Shown: positions 10,075 through 19,760 of the stretch, piece by piece | How positions within the stretch are numbered: the stretch's first letter is position 1 | How the letters are laid out: every line of letters starts with the position of its first letter | NCBI GenBank assembly: GCA_963777605.1 | Contig: CAVZRV010000007.1 | Span: forward strand, 320,001-384,000 | Direction: 5' to 3' | Length of the DNA stretch: 64,000 nt | Source: an uncultured Acidobacteriota bacterium | Lineage (GTDB): Bacteria; Acidobacteriota; UBA6911; RPQK01; JAPXNP01 | Notes under the pieces: model-generated | What the model was told of the DNA's origin: nothing | What the model saw: only the letters and a program-made list of their open reading frames with translations | The model's database searches: none | Translations under genes and position numbers: made by a program

Positions 10075-11073
10075 TCACGCCTCAGGCGGACGCCCCGCAA
10101 CCTCGGTCAGAAGTTGGAACCGCCGATCTCCAGCTTTCTCCGCGCGCCATCCCCCATGACCACGAAAGAGGACATCGAACAATGCCTCCCCCGAAATCCC
10201 CAATCTCCGGGCGTCAGCAGCCGCCACCGGCCGATCGAACAGAAACCCTTTCCAGGGCAACCGGCTGGTTGAGACGTAGTCCAACCACCGTTCAATCGAA
10301 TCCAGAACGAGAGGCACGGCCAGCGCTCCAACTCCGGCATCACGAAGGCGCCGGTTGGCCTCCGCAACGTCCGGCGGGCCTCCTGAACCGGGTAAGGCAA
10401 CGCCCCACAGGTTCGGTACCTCCTGCCAGTGATCGATTCTGAACAGGTCCCGTGCTTCCGAGAAAGAGAACTGCCCCGGAGCCACACTTCGATCCGCAGA
10501 TTCCACGACGTAGGTCCACGCAGCACCCAGCAAAGGCCCCAGGATGCGGGTCACCATTCCTGCGGGCCCCATTCCCAGAATCACCCTGGGCAATCTGGTT
10601 CCGGGGGCTTCGAGAAACTTCAACATCGACACCAGATCGGCAGTGCCCGCGACATTCACCGCAAGCTTGACGCCGTCTCCCGGAAGTGCGGCGATTCGCC
10701 CGAAGGCGGATTCGAGATCCTGCGGGAAGCCACTGAAATCGTGTGCAGAACGGAGCATTCGGGCAGGTTTCGCCCAGTCCGGCCCGACCGGGACATCGTG
10801 CTCCAGGTCGATCCAGTGGAACCCGGCAGCGGCCGCTCGCCGGAGGATTTCGAGGCGTACGCCTTCATCCCCTTCGAAGAATCCGCCCTCTCGAGTCGGA
10901 CGGCAGGTCGCAATGAAATGCGTCACGGAAGATGGTGGGGCAGGAAACCGCTCCGGGTCATCGAGTACGTCTATCCGCAGTTCGACAAATCCAGTCGTGC
11001 CGGAATAGCGCCGGAGCTTCTCCTCCAGCAAAGAAAGGTCTTTCTCAGCAAGGGTCAGACAGATTCGGGACAT
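10075..11073 (-). CDS. aroD: type I 3-dehydroquinate dehydratase with degenerate partial shikimate dehydrogenase domain
   Basis: VELRID, IATCR..EGG, SAHDF, VKLA, LGMG...TRIL, APGQ. C-terminal roughly 110 aa resemble a decayed AroE N-domain. Confidence 0.82.
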   Translation of the reverse strand: MSRICLTLAEKDLSLLEEKLRRYSGTTGFVELRIDVLDDPERFPAPPSSVTHFIATCRPTREGGFFEGDEGVRLEILRRAAAAGFHWIDLEHDVPVGPDWAKPARMLRSAHDFSGFPQDLESAFGRIAALPGDGVKLAVNVAGTADLVSMLKFLEAPGTRLPRVILGMGPAGMVTRILGPLLGAAWTYVVESADRSVAPGQFSFSEARDLFRIDHWQEVPNLWGVALPGSGGPPDVAEANRRLRDAGVGALAVPLVLDSIERWLDYVSTSRLPWKGFLFDRPVAAADARRLGISGEALFDVLFRGHGGWRAEKAGDRRFQLLTEVAGRPPEA

Positions 11074-11085
11074 GAAAGGTGAGGC

Positions 11086-11712
11086 TCAGGTATTGATCCA
11101 GGCGTCGGATTGCTTGCTTGAACCGGCAAGCATCTCCAGCTTCTTCTTCTCTCGGGTTTCCCTGACCCGGGCGCTTTCGCCGATCCGGCCCCAGAACGAT
11201 TGAAAGTAGTGCCACATCGAGAGGATCGACAGACCAGCGGCGATCCAGAGAAGAATCGTGCCCACGTAGAAGAGGAAACCTTCCGGGTACCGGCTTCCCG
11301 CGATCAGGCAACTGCAGCAGGCAACCTGGGACACCATCTTGTATTTGCCCAGCCGGGAAGCTGCAATGGTGACTCCCTCGGCAGAGGCAATGCTCCGAAG
11401 GCCGGTCACGGCAAATTCGCGGCTGACCACGATGATCACGATCCAGGCAGGGGCGGCACCCATCTCGACCAGCGCCACCAGGGCAGCGGAAATCAAGATC
11501 TTGTCGGCGAGCGGGTCGAGCAACTGTCCCAGCATCGTGACCTGTGAGCGTTTTCTCGCCAGGTACCCGTCCAGGTAGTCGGTCATTGCCGCAGCCAGGA
11601 AGACCGCCAAACCCCAGACTTCCCGATCCGGGAAATTACCCGTCAGGAGCACTACCAGCAGCACCGGAACCAGAAAAATCCGGGTGGCGGTTAGAGCCGT
11701 TGGAAGATTCAT
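11086..11712 (-). CDS. pgsA: CDP-diacylglycerol--glycerol-3-phosphate 3-phosphatidyltransferase
   Basis: MNLPTALT, TDYLDGYLAR...GQLLDPLADK, REFAVTGLR. Confidence 0.95.
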   Translation of the reverse strand: MNLPTALTATRIFLVPVLLVVLLTGNFPDREVWGLAVFLAAAMTDYLDGYLARKRSQVTMLGQLLDPLADKILISAALVALVEMGAAPAWIVIIVVSREFAVTGLRSIASAEGVTIAASRLGKYKMVSQVACCSCLIAGSRYPEGFLFYVGTILLWIAAGLSILSMWHYFQSFWGRIGESARVRETREKKKLEMLAGSSKQSDAWINT

Positions 11713-11872
11713 TTCTCGCGCGATCTTTCGTCTTTAGTCTTTAGGCGACTTTACCACATCCGTGTTCATGAACTTCAGAAAATAGCAATCGCCAGCGTTA
11801 TCTTAACAGATTCGGAGGGAGGCGCTTGCACATCAGTGCCCCCATTTCGGTTATGATAGTGGAAACCTTTGA

Positions 11873-11945
11873 CCGGAATCGACATCTTTCTGGGTGATTC
11901 CGGAACCCACACCCCCGCACGTTGAGAGTAGGGGTGTTTTTTCTT
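11873..11945 (+). promoter_or_regulatory. structured 5' leader with terminator-like hairpin (candidate attenuator)
   Basis: CCGGAATC/GATTCCGG stem, then ACACCCC/GGGGTGT stem with a T-tract immediately before the GGAGG SD. Confidence 0.45.
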
Positions 11946-11957
11946 GGAGGTTGGATT

Positions 11958-12494
11958 ATGAATATGAAGAGAGTCTTCACGGGCACCGGTGTTGGGTTTC
12001 TGGCACTGGTGGCGTTTTCGGCTGTGGCATTCGTAAATGCCCCGGGGACGATTGTGTCCTCTGCCGCCACAGCCGTCGAAGGGACCTCTGCTGATAATGG
12101 GGGGCAGGATGGTGAGTTTTCTGGTCCGGCCGAGGAGCCACACTTACCTGCCAACTTGCAGACTGGTTCAAGTCAATACAATGCCTTTCAGGCAACTGCC
12201 TACTGCGATTTCGGGATCACCTTCTCGGGAATTCTGGTCCACCGCGGGATGGTAGCGGCAGATCCGAACATTCTCCCGATCGGATCGGTGATTGAGGTAA
12301 AAGCGGGGGAATACAGCGGGATCTACACGGTCATGGACACGGGTGGAGTGGTGAAAGGTCATCTGATCGACATCTACATGCCCGACTACGAAGAGGCCGT
12401 GCAGTTCGGCCGGCAGGGCGTCAAGGTGCGGGTGCTTCGTCTTGGCTGGCATCCGGATGACGCACCGGACCTTCAATATACCTTCGCCGGGTGA
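11958..12494 (+). CDS. 3D (Asp-Asp-Asp) domain protein, exported
   Basis: FQATAYC, VAADPNILPIGS, MDTGG, IDIYM...AVQFGRQ; GGAGG SD at 11946. Confidence 0.9.
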   Translation: MNMKRVFTGTGVGFLALVAFSAVAFVNAPGTIVSSAATAVEGTSADNGGQDGEFSGPAEEPHLPANLQTGSSQYNAFQATAYCDFGITFSGILVHRGMVAADPNILPIGSVIEVKAGEYSGIYTVMDTGGVVKGHLIDIYMPDYEEAVQFGRQGVKVRVLRLGWHPDDAPDLQYTFAG

Positions 12495-12596
12495 AAGCCC
12501 GGTGCCGTATCGTGGTGTCGGCCGTTTCCGGTCGGCACCTCTCGTCCTGATCAGACTGAAGGAATGCCGCTGGACTTCCGGGAAGGTTAGCATTCG

Positions 12597-14417
12597 TTGG
12601 AGAACGAGGCAGTTCTCAAAGTCAAAGTTGACCGTCTTCCCGCGTCCCCCGGCGTGTACCTGTTTCGGGACCGCCGGGGCGAAGTCATCTACATCGGCAA
12701 AGCCAAGAGTCTTCGCAACCGGGTTCGTTCCTATTTTCAGTCGAATCGCTATCTCGACCTGAAGACCGACTTCATCAACCGGAATGCAACGGACCTCGAG
12801 TACATCGTCACCGACAACGAAGTCGAAGCTCTCATTCTCGAGAGTACCCTGGTCAAGAAAAGCCAGCCGAAGCTCAACGTCCGCCTTAAGGATGACAAGT
12901 CATTTCTGCACATCAAACTGACAGTCAACGAGGAATACCCGCGGGTACTTCTCACTCGACGAATTCGGGATGACGGGGCTCTCTATTTCGGGCCCTACCT
13001 GCCCGCTTCGCTGGCCCGTAACACAATCAAGATCATCAACCGCCATTTCCAGCTTCGCACCTGTTCCATTCCCATCGACGGATCGCAGGAGCGTCCCTGC
13101 CTCGAGTATCACATTCACCGGTGCCTGGGCCCCTGCAAGGAGGGACTGTGCAGCCGAGAAGAATACGGACGGGCGGTTCAGGACGTGATCCTGCTCCTCA
13201 CAGGGAAGAACGATCAGTTGATCGAACGGCTGACTGAAAAGATGACCGATGCAGCGGAGCGGGAGCAGTTTGAGGCGGCGGCATTCTTTCGGGACCGTAT
13301 GGCGATGGTGCGGGAGCTGGCAGAGAAACAGAAGATGGCTTCGACGAGCGACGAAGACATTGACGTCTTCGCCTACTACCGCGAAGGGTGCCGTCTCGCC
13401 CTTCAGCTCTTCACGCTCAGAAACGGACTGGTCGTCGGCAAGCGAGAATTCTTCTGGGAGGACCTGGAAATCTTCGAACCGGCGGTGTTCCTGAGAGACG
13501 CCGTGCAGCAATACTACCTGGGCGCGGGATTTGTTCCTGGCCAAATCTTCCTTCCGGCCGAGATCGAGGACCAGGAAATCATCGCAAGGTGGCTCAACGA
13601 ACGGAAGGCCATAACCGGAAGAAGCAGGCTCCGCATCCTGGTTCCCCGCCGGGGTCCAAAACTGGACCTGCTGCTCCTGGTGGAACGCAACGCGAAAATC
13701 GCATTCGAGTCGCGGTTCAAGATCCACAAGGCCGCCAAAATCCGGGTGCTCGAAATGCTCCAGGACGCCCTGGGGCTCCCCACTCTGCCGGCAACGATCG
13801 AGGCTTTCGACATATCGAATATCCAGGGTGCCGAGACCGTTGCGTCGATGGTAGTGTGCCGGGACGGCCTGATGTCTCGAATGGACTACCGCAAGTTTAA
13901 GGTCCGGGCAGTCGAGGGCCCCAACGATTTCGAATCGATGAGAGAAGTGATTCATCGACGGTATCGCAGGGTCCTGGAAGAAGGGATCGACCTTCCCGAA
14001 CTGGTCCTGGTCGATGGTGGAAAAGGGCAGTTGCACTCCGCCTACCAGGCGCTCTCAGAACTCGGTCTGGACGACCTTCCGCTGGCCAGCATCGCGAAAC
14101 GGGAGGAACTGATCTTTGTCAACGGGGCGGACGAGGCCGTCCGGCTGGACCAGACCTCTCCGGCCCTCCACCTGATTCAGGAAATTCGGGACGAGGCTCA
14201 CCGATTTGCGGTCACCTACCACCGCAATCGCCGTTCGTCCCGCGATTTCGGGTCCGAACTGGACCAGATCCCCGGCGTCGGCGCCAAACGAAAACGGCGG
14301 CTCCTGCAGAATTTCGGAAGTGTGAACCGCGTCCGCCAGGCCACGATGGAAGAACTGGCACCGTTCGTCGGAAGGAAGGTCGCCGAGGCCATCCGCCAGC
14401 ATTTCGAACACCAGTAA
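12597..14417 (+). CDS. uvrC: excinuclease ABC subunit C
   Basis: PGVYLF...IYIGKAKSLRNRVRSYF GIY-YIG, EAFDISN, VDGGKGQ, IRDEAHRFA, HhH tail. Confidence 0.97.
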   Translation: MENEAVLKVKVDRLPASPGVYLFRDRRGEVIYIGKAKSLRNRVRSYFQSNRYLDLKTDFINRNATDLEYIVTDNEVEALILESTLVKKSQPKLNVRLKDDKSFLHIKLTVNEEYPRVLLTRRIRDDGALYFGPYLPASLARNTIKIINRHFQLRTCSIPIDGSQERPCLEYHIHRCLGPCKEGLCSREEYGRAVQDVILLLTGKNDQLIERLTEKMTDAAEREQFEAAAFFRDRMAMVRELAEKQKMASTSDEDIDVFAYYREGCRLALQLFTLRNGLVVGKREFFWEDLEIFEPAVFLRDAVQQYYLGAGFVPGQIFLPAEIEDQEIIARWLNERKAITGRSRLRILVPRRGPKLDLLLLVERNAKIAFESRFKIHKAAKIRVLEMLQDALGLPTLPATIEAFDISNIQGAETVASMVVCRDGLMSRMDYRKFKVRAVEGPNDFESMREVIHRRYRRVLEEGIDLPELVLVDGGKGQLHSAYQALSELGLDDLPLASIAKREELIFVNGADEAVRLDQTSPALHLIQEIRDEAHRFAVTYHRNRRSSRDFGSELDQIPGVGAKRKRRLLQNFGSVNRVRQATMEELAPFVGRKVAEAIRQHFEHQ

Positions 14418-14645
14418 CCGACTGATTGGGGCAATGGAATTCGCGGACCCGAGGGTCCGACGGATCCATGAGAACCATTGCGCCCGGTTCCCGGCAACGC
14501 CATCACTAATTGCGTGCAATTCCTGCATGCCCAAATGCAAGAACCGCATTCGGCGCCTTCTCCCGGTCTTCGGAATATTCTCAGAAGAATCTCTAAATCA
14601 TTGCCGAGAAAGGCCTTGTAGAGCCTCTTCCGATTCGGGGTCAAA

Positions 14646-14662
14646 CTGGCACCAAGGCTGCA
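14646..14662 (+). promoter_or_regulatory. sigma-54 (-24/-12) promoter
   Basis: CTGGCACCAAGGCTGCA = GG-N10-GC, about 90 nt upstream of ATG 14751. Confidence 0.6.
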
Positions 14663-14750
14663 ACTCTCTCCGGTGACTGTGCCCGAGAGAATGCTCAGCA
14701 GTCAGTTCGAATAAGAAGTTGAAAAGAATGACCTGTACGAGGAGACAAAG

Positions 14751-15494
14751 ATGAGAAAGACCTTCCGAATCACGGCTCTGGTTCTTGCTGCCCTGTTGAC
14801 TTCGATCGTCGGCTTCGGCCAAACCGGCACCACCCCCGATTTCAGCCAACCCCTCACCATCGAGGAAATCGGCCACCTGACCTATATGGTTGAGGAAGAA
14901 AAGCTGGCTCGTGACGTCTACGAAAACCTGTACGAGGAATGGGGCAACCCGGTTTTTGAGAATATCGCCCAGGCTGAGCAGCGGCACATGGACAGCCTGA
15001 TCTACGTAATGGGAGCCTACGGGCTCAACGTTGAACTCGGCGAATTCGGCCAGTTCTCGGATCCCGACCTGGCGGTTGTCTACGGAGAACTCATGGCCGC
15101 CGGCACCGAGTCAGAACTCCAGGCACTCTCCACCGGTGCGCTAATTGAGGAGATCGACATCAACGATCTGGCTCTCTCCCTGGACGACACGGTGAATCCT
15201 GTGCTGCAGAACGTCTTCGAGAAACTGATGAGGGGATCCCGCAACCACCTGCGGGCCTTCGCAGGGCTGATCGAAGCACAGGGCGTGGAGTATACGGCCC
15301 AGCAGTTGTCCCAGGAAGGCGTTGATGCGATCCTCGACAGCCCCCGGGAACGGGGACGACGCGGGGACTGCGTCAATTGCGGCCACAATGGTGGAACGGG
15401 CAATCGGCCGAAAGGCGTCGGCATGGGCGGGTTCGGCGGGAACGGCCCGGGAGCCGGCATGGGGCCTGGCGACGGCACCTGCCTTCTCCCCTAA
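14751..15494 (+). CDS. DUF2202 ferritin-like domain protein with signal peptide and Gly-rich tail
   Basis: EEEKLARDVY, IAQAEQRH, IEEIDINDL, GSRNHLRAF. Confidence 0.88.
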   Translation: MRKTFRITALVLAALLTSIVGFGQTGTTPDFSQPLTIEEIGHLTYMVEEEKLARDVYENLYEEWGNPVFENIAQAEQRHMDSLIYVMGAYGLNVELGEFGQFSDPDLAVVYGELMAAGTESELQALSTGALIEEIDINDLALSLDDTVNPVLQNVFEKLMRGSRNHLRAFAGLIEAQGVEYTAQQLSQEGVDAILDSPRERGRRGDCVNCGHNGGTGNRPKGVGMGGFGGNGPGAGMGPGDGTCLLP

Positions 15495-15508
15495 CCTGTC
15501 GGATTAAC

Positions 15509-15548
15509 GTGCCGGCCGGAAGGACAACACTCCCCGGCCGGCATTTCT
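15509..15548. terminator. hairpin between convergent genes
   Basis: GTGCCGGCCGG...CCGGCCGGCAT followed by TTCT. Confidence 0.6.
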
Positions 15549-15621
15549 GCATTCGGGACGGGATTCGCAGTGCACTTCCCGGCTTCAGCCGGCGCTATCC
15601 AGAAGCAACAGGCGCATTGTT

Positions 15622-16194
15622 TCAGCTGAAAGCGGTCGGGTTGTAGAAAGGTGCAAAAGCCGAGATCAGGGCGAGAACGAATGAGTGGCGCCCGCTCAAA
15701 ATACCTCGAGAGAGATACTCCCAGGGGCCATCCTCGGCGGACAATCCCGCCTCCTTGGAAAAGCGGTCGAGAACGATATCGAGGTCAATACCCCGGTCGA
15801 TCACCTGGTCGGCGATTTTTGGAGGGACGGCGAGACCAGGTCCGTGGCCAAACCAGCCTTTGTGCCCATTCGTGACGTACGCCCAACTGGCTAGGAAAAC
15901 CAGCCGTCGGGGCCCTTGCGATTCAACAAGCTGAAAACCCGGCTGAAGCCCCACGTAGAAGTCGGCTTCAGCACGCTCCCGCTTCAGTTGCAGGATCAGG
16001 GATTCGGCCCTTGAGCGCGCGCCTCTCATGAGTTCATCCTGGTTGAGAGGGAGGCTCCTGATTTCCCCGGCGACCCCAAAGGACAGAAATTCGACCGAAT
16101 CCCGCTTATCGACGAGGCTCTCTGAAAAGATCTTCCACCCCTCTTTGACGGCCTCGATTTCAGCGAGTCGGTTGCTGGCTACTGCCACAATCAT
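15622..16194 (-). CDS. inosine/xanthosine triphosphatase family (DUF84/YjjX-like), divergent
   Basis: VAVASN..EIEAV, GARSRA, ADFYVGL.G, ALISAFAPFYN. Confidence 0.75.
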   Translation of the reverse strand: MIVAVASNRLAEIEAVKEGWKIFSESLVDKRDSVEFLSFGVAGEIRSLPLNQDELMRGARSRAESLILQLKRERAEADFYVGLQPGFQLVESQGPRRLVFLASWAYVTNGHKGWFGHGPGLAVPPKIADQVIDRGIDLDIVLDRFSKEAGLSAEDGPWEYLSRGILSGRHSFVLALISAFAPFYNPTAFS

Positions 16195-16245
16195 GAGCGA
16201 ATTCTATCCCTCTCCCCTGACGGGAGCATGCAGACGGAAACCCGC

Positions 16246-17034
16246 TCACTTGACCGCCATCAGGATCTCACTGACCGCGGCATGAATGCGGCCGTTCGTC
16301 GCGAGGCACTCCCGGTCGTGGATCGACGCCGGTGAGGAGTCAAACCGCGAAACTCTTCCACCGGCCTCTTCCAAAATGAGAGATCCGGCAGCAACGTCCC
16401 AGGCGTTGAGGCTCAATTCCCAGAATCCATCGAAGCGGCCACAGGCCACGTTGCAGAGATCGAGGGCAGCGGACCCGTCTCTCCGCACCGAACGGGCATA
16501 TTTCATCATGTAATTGAAACACTTAAGGTTAGACTCGATCTCTTCGATCTGGTACGAGAAACCGGTGCACAGGAGACAGTCCTCCAGGTTCTCCTCGGTC
16601 GAGACCTGGATCGGTTGCCCGTTCAAAAACGCACCTTCCCCCGCCACGGCTGTAAACCTCTCGTTCAGAACCGGGTTGTGCACGACTCCCGCCGCCACCC
16701 GCCCTTCCAGTTCCAGGCCAATTGAGACACAGTAAACTGGGTACCTGTGGGCGTAGTTGGTTGTCCCGTCCAGGGGATCAATCACCCATTGAAACGGGGC
16801 CCCTTCGTTGGAGCCTCCCCGCTCTTCAGCAAGGACCCCGTGGTGGGGGAATTCCTCCAGAACGCGGCTGACGATCAACTCCTCGGCAGCAAGGTCGGCC
16901 TCGGTTACAAGGTTGACCCGGCCTTTCTTGGAGATCTCGAACGAGGTCCGGCTCTTTTCCAGCAGCAGTTCCCCAGCCTCTCGCACCAGCCGGCACGCCA
17001 ACTCAAATGCGTTTTCCAGTTCCTGATTCTTCAT
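16246..17034 (-). CDS. suhB: inositol monophosphatase family protein
   Basis: LVTEAD, AEE, WVIDPLDGTTNY, GSAALDL, WDVAAG. Confidence 0.92.
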   Translation of the reverse strand: MKNQELENAFELACRLVREAGELLLEKSRTSFEISKKGRVNLVTEADLAAEELIVSRVLEEFPHHGVLAEERGGSNEGAPFQWVIDPLDGTTNYAHRYPVYCVSIGLELEGRVAAGVVHNPVLNERFTAVAGEGAFLNGQPIQVSTEENLEDCLLCTGFSYQIEEIESNLKCFNYMMKYARSVRRDGSAALDLCNVACGRFDGFWELSLNAWDVAAGSLILEEAGGRVSRFDSSPASIHDRECLATNGRIHAAVSEILMAVK

Positions 17035-17100
17035 GTTCTTTCCTGTCTTCCAGCGACAACGCCCTGCTCACTTGCTGAACCACCAGTTTAACGCAGGGAC

Positions 17101-17589
17101 TCACTCCGGCCGCCAAACCAGGGCAACGGCATACACGGCAATCCCCTCTCCGCGCCCGATGACTCCCCTGCCTTCCATCGTCGTGGCCTTGATCCCGACA
17201 TCGGCGACAGCAAGGCCAAGCGCCTCCGCCACTTTGGCCTTCATCTCCGAAACGTGAGGCTTGATTCGGGGTGCCTCGGCCAAAACCATGGCATCGACGT
17301 TTACCACTCGGTAGCCCTGATCGTTCACGAGCGCGGCGGCCTGCCGGAGGAGCACCAGGCTCGAAATTCCCCGATAGCGAGGGTCCGTGTCGGGAAAGAG
17401 ACCCCCAATGTCGTCCAATCCGGCAGCACCCAAAATCGCGTCGGTGATCGCGTGAAGAAGGGCGTCGGCATCAGAATGGCCTTCCAGTCCACGTTCCCAC
17501 TCGATCTCCACGCCGCCCAAAACGAGCGGACGCCCCGCCACGAACGGGTGAAAGTCAAACCCATTTCCTATCCTGAATGGAGGTTTCAT
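17101..17589 (-). CDS. ispF: 2-C-methyl-D-erythritol 2,4-cyclodiphosphate synthase
   Basis: GNGFDFH, GHSDADALLHAITDA, DIGGLFPDTD, KATT. Confidence 0.96.
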   Translation of the reverse strand: MKPPFRIGNGFDFHPFVAGRPLVLGGVEIEWERGLEGHSDADALLHAITDAILGAAGLDDIGGLFPDTDPRYRGISSLVLLRQAAALVNDQGYRVVNVDAMVLAEAPRIKPHVSEMKAKVAEALGLAVADVGIKATTMEGRGVIGRGEGIAVYAVALVWRPE

Positions 17590-18278
17590 GCTTTCTTCTG
17601 CCCGGATCGACCCTGCCGATCTTCTTCCAGATCATCTTCCCACGTAATCTTGCGATTGGTCGGCTCCCCATCGACAACGCAGACGTCAATGCCGAGCCGC
17701 TCGACCAGAGAAGATTCATCGGTGCCCGTGAACCCGTCGCCCTGCGCACTCGCCAGAGCTCGTGCCAGCAGATCGACCCGGAAAGCCTGCGGCGTCTGCA
17801 CCAGCCTGATGTCTTCCCGAGGGAGTGTCTGGAAGACCCGCGATCCCCGCACCAGCTTCACCGTGTCGGAAGGAGCCAATCCCGGGATGCAGGCCCCAAA
17901 CCGGCGGGCCCCGTCCATGACTCGCCGAATCAGGCCCTGAGATACAAAGGCCCTGGCCGCATCGTGGACAAGCACCAGGTTGACCTCTCCGGAAACCTCC
18001 CTGAGACCCCGCTCGACTGACGCCTGGCGGCTGTCCCCTCCGACGACAACTTTGAACAACACTCCCGTTACTGGGTCGAGTTCGCCCTGCACCCGTTCCA
18101 CCCAGCCCTCGGGAACGACGACGACAGCTTCCCGGACCAGGGTGAGAAAGGGATCCAAAGCATGGAGGTATAGCCTCTTCCCCCGGTACTCCAGGAACTG
18201 CTTGGGCAGATCTCCCCCAAAGCGGCTCCCGCTGCCCGCAGCCGCGAGCACCAAACCGACGCCACCTTGGGACTTCAT
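17586..18278 (-). CDS. ispD: 2-C-methyl-D-erythritol 4-phosphate cytidylyltransferase
   Basis: AAAGSGSRFG..PKQF, GGDSRQASV, VHDAAR, QTPQAF, NRKIT. Start chosen at ATG 18278. Confidence 0.94.
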   Translation of the reverse strand: MKSQGGVGLVLAAAGSGSRFGGDLPKQFLEYRGKRLYLHALDPFLTLVREAVVVVPEGWVERVQGELDPVTGVLFKVVVGGDSRQASVERGLREVSGEVNLVLVHDAARAFVSQGLIRRVMDGARRFGACIPGLAPSDTVKLVRGSRVFQTLPREDIRLVQTPQAFRVDLLARALASAQGDGFTGTDESSLVERLGIDVCVVDGEPTNRKITWEDDLEEDRQGRSGQKKA

Positions 18279-18375
18279 TGGATCCACTTCCATCGGTTCC
18301 AAACCGGGTCCTTTCCCGCAAGTCAGCCAAGTTTTCATCAATTCCCTTGCTCGATTGGCCGTTTGCCGGGACGAC

Positions 18376-19746
18376 TCAATGGGAGGCCAACTCGGCGAGG
18401 CCAAGGAAATCCACAACGGTCCCGACTCCTTCGATCTTGATACCCGGGACCGGTTCGGGCAAGGGGAGGTTCCCCCGCGGAAGAATCACGCGCTCGAAGC
18501 CAAGGTTCAGGGCTTCCTTGATGCGAACATGGCCGAAACTGACCGAACGCACCTCCCCGGCCAACCCGACTTCCCCGAAAGCAACGGTCCGGTGAGGAAG
18601 CGGAATGTCGAGGAAGCTGGAAACCACCGCTCCGAGAAGAGCCAGGTCGACCGCCGGTTCCGCGATGGTAATACCGCCGGCCGCATTGACGAAAACGTCA
18701 CTCCCGAGGAGATGAAACCCGAGCCGCTTCTCCAGCATTGCCAGGAGGAGCGAAAGGCGGTTGGGGTCAACCCCGTTGGCCGTCCGGCGGGCCGTGCTGT
18801 AGTTCGTTTGACTGACCAGCGCCTGCAATTCGACCAATACGGGCCGCGAACCCTGCATGGCACTCATCACCGCTGAACCGGATACATGTTCCGCCCGTTC
18901 CGCAAGAAAGACCCTGGAAGGGTTATCCACGCTCCGGAGCCCCTTCGAGGTCATTTCGAAGATTCCCAGCTCGTTCGACGGGCCGAAACGATTCTTGACC
19001 GTCCGGACCAGTTTCTGGTTGTGATGCCGGTCCCCTTCGAAATAGAGCACGACATCGACGATGTGCTCCAGAGCCTTCGGCCCGGCAAGACTTCCATCCT
19101 TGGTGATGTGGCCGATCAGAAAGGTGGGGACGTTCGCCTGCTTCGAGAAAGTGAGGAATCGCATCGCGCATTCCCGAATCTGCGAGATACTCCCAGGGAT
19201 CGACTCCATCGACTCGGTGAAGACCGTCTGAATCGAATCCACGATCAAGGCGGTAGGCTCCAGGCGCTCAATCTCTCCGAACACTACTTCCACATTGGTC
19301 TCCGGCGAGATGAACAGGTTCTTTCCGACAACTTCGAGCCGGTCGCCCCTCATCTTGATCTGCCGCGCCGATTCTTCTCCCGCCACGTACAGCACACGCT
19401 CGCCCCCACGGGAGAGGATCTCTGCGATCTGCAACAGGAGAGTCGATTTCCCAATCCCCGGCTCGCCTCCGAGAAGCACCACCGATCCACGGACAATCCC
19501 GCCACCGAGCACGCGATCGAACTCACGGTCCCCGGTTACAAGACGGTCAACATCTTCCCGGTCCACCTCCGGGTACGGAACCGCGTGCTGACCGGAGAAA
19601 TGAGAGATCGGAGGGGAACCTCTACCGGTACGCTCCTCCACCAGTGAGTCCCACTCACCACAGCTGGGGCATCGCCCGAGCCACTTGACGCTTACGCTCC
19701 CACAGGATTGACAGACATAACTCAGCTTGCCGGCTTGCTTGGCCAT
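18376..19746 (-). CDS. radA: DNA repair protein RadA/Sms
   Basis: CQSC..CPSC zinc finger, GEPGIGKST, KNRFG. Confidence 0.97.
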   Translation of the reverse strand: MAKQAGKLSYVCQSCGSVSVKWLGRCPSCGEWDSLVEERTGRGSPPISHFSGQHAVPYPEVDREDVDRLVTGDREFDRVLGGGIVRGSVVLLGGEPGIGKSTLLLQIAEILSRGGERVLYVAGEESARQIKMRGDRLEVVGKNLFISPETNVEVVFGEIERLEPTALIVDSIQTVFTESMESIPGSISQIRECAMRFLTFSKQANVPTFLIGHITKDGSLAGPKALEHIVDVVLYFEGDRHHNQKLVRTVKNRFGPSNELGIFEMTSKGLRSVDNPSRVFLAERAEHVSGSAVMSAMQGSRPVLVELQALVSQTNYSTARRTANGVDPNRLSLLLAMLEKRLGFHLLGSDVFVNAAGGITIAEPAVDLALLGAVVSSFLDIPLPHRTVAFGEVGLAGEVRSVSFGHVRIKEALNLGFERVILPRGNLPLPEPVPGIKIEGVGTVVDFLGLAELASH

Positions 19747-19760
19747 CGCGTTATCCGGTC

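Noticed and set aside
11860-11945. c-di-AMP (ydaO) riboswitch
   Set aside because: Only fragmentary resemblance (GGGTGA..CCGGAACCC); too short and missing the conserved core, so it is kept only as an unassigned leader.
15370-15387. Heme-binding motif in the DUF2202 tail
   Set aside because: The sequence is CxxCxH (CVNCGH), not CxxCH.
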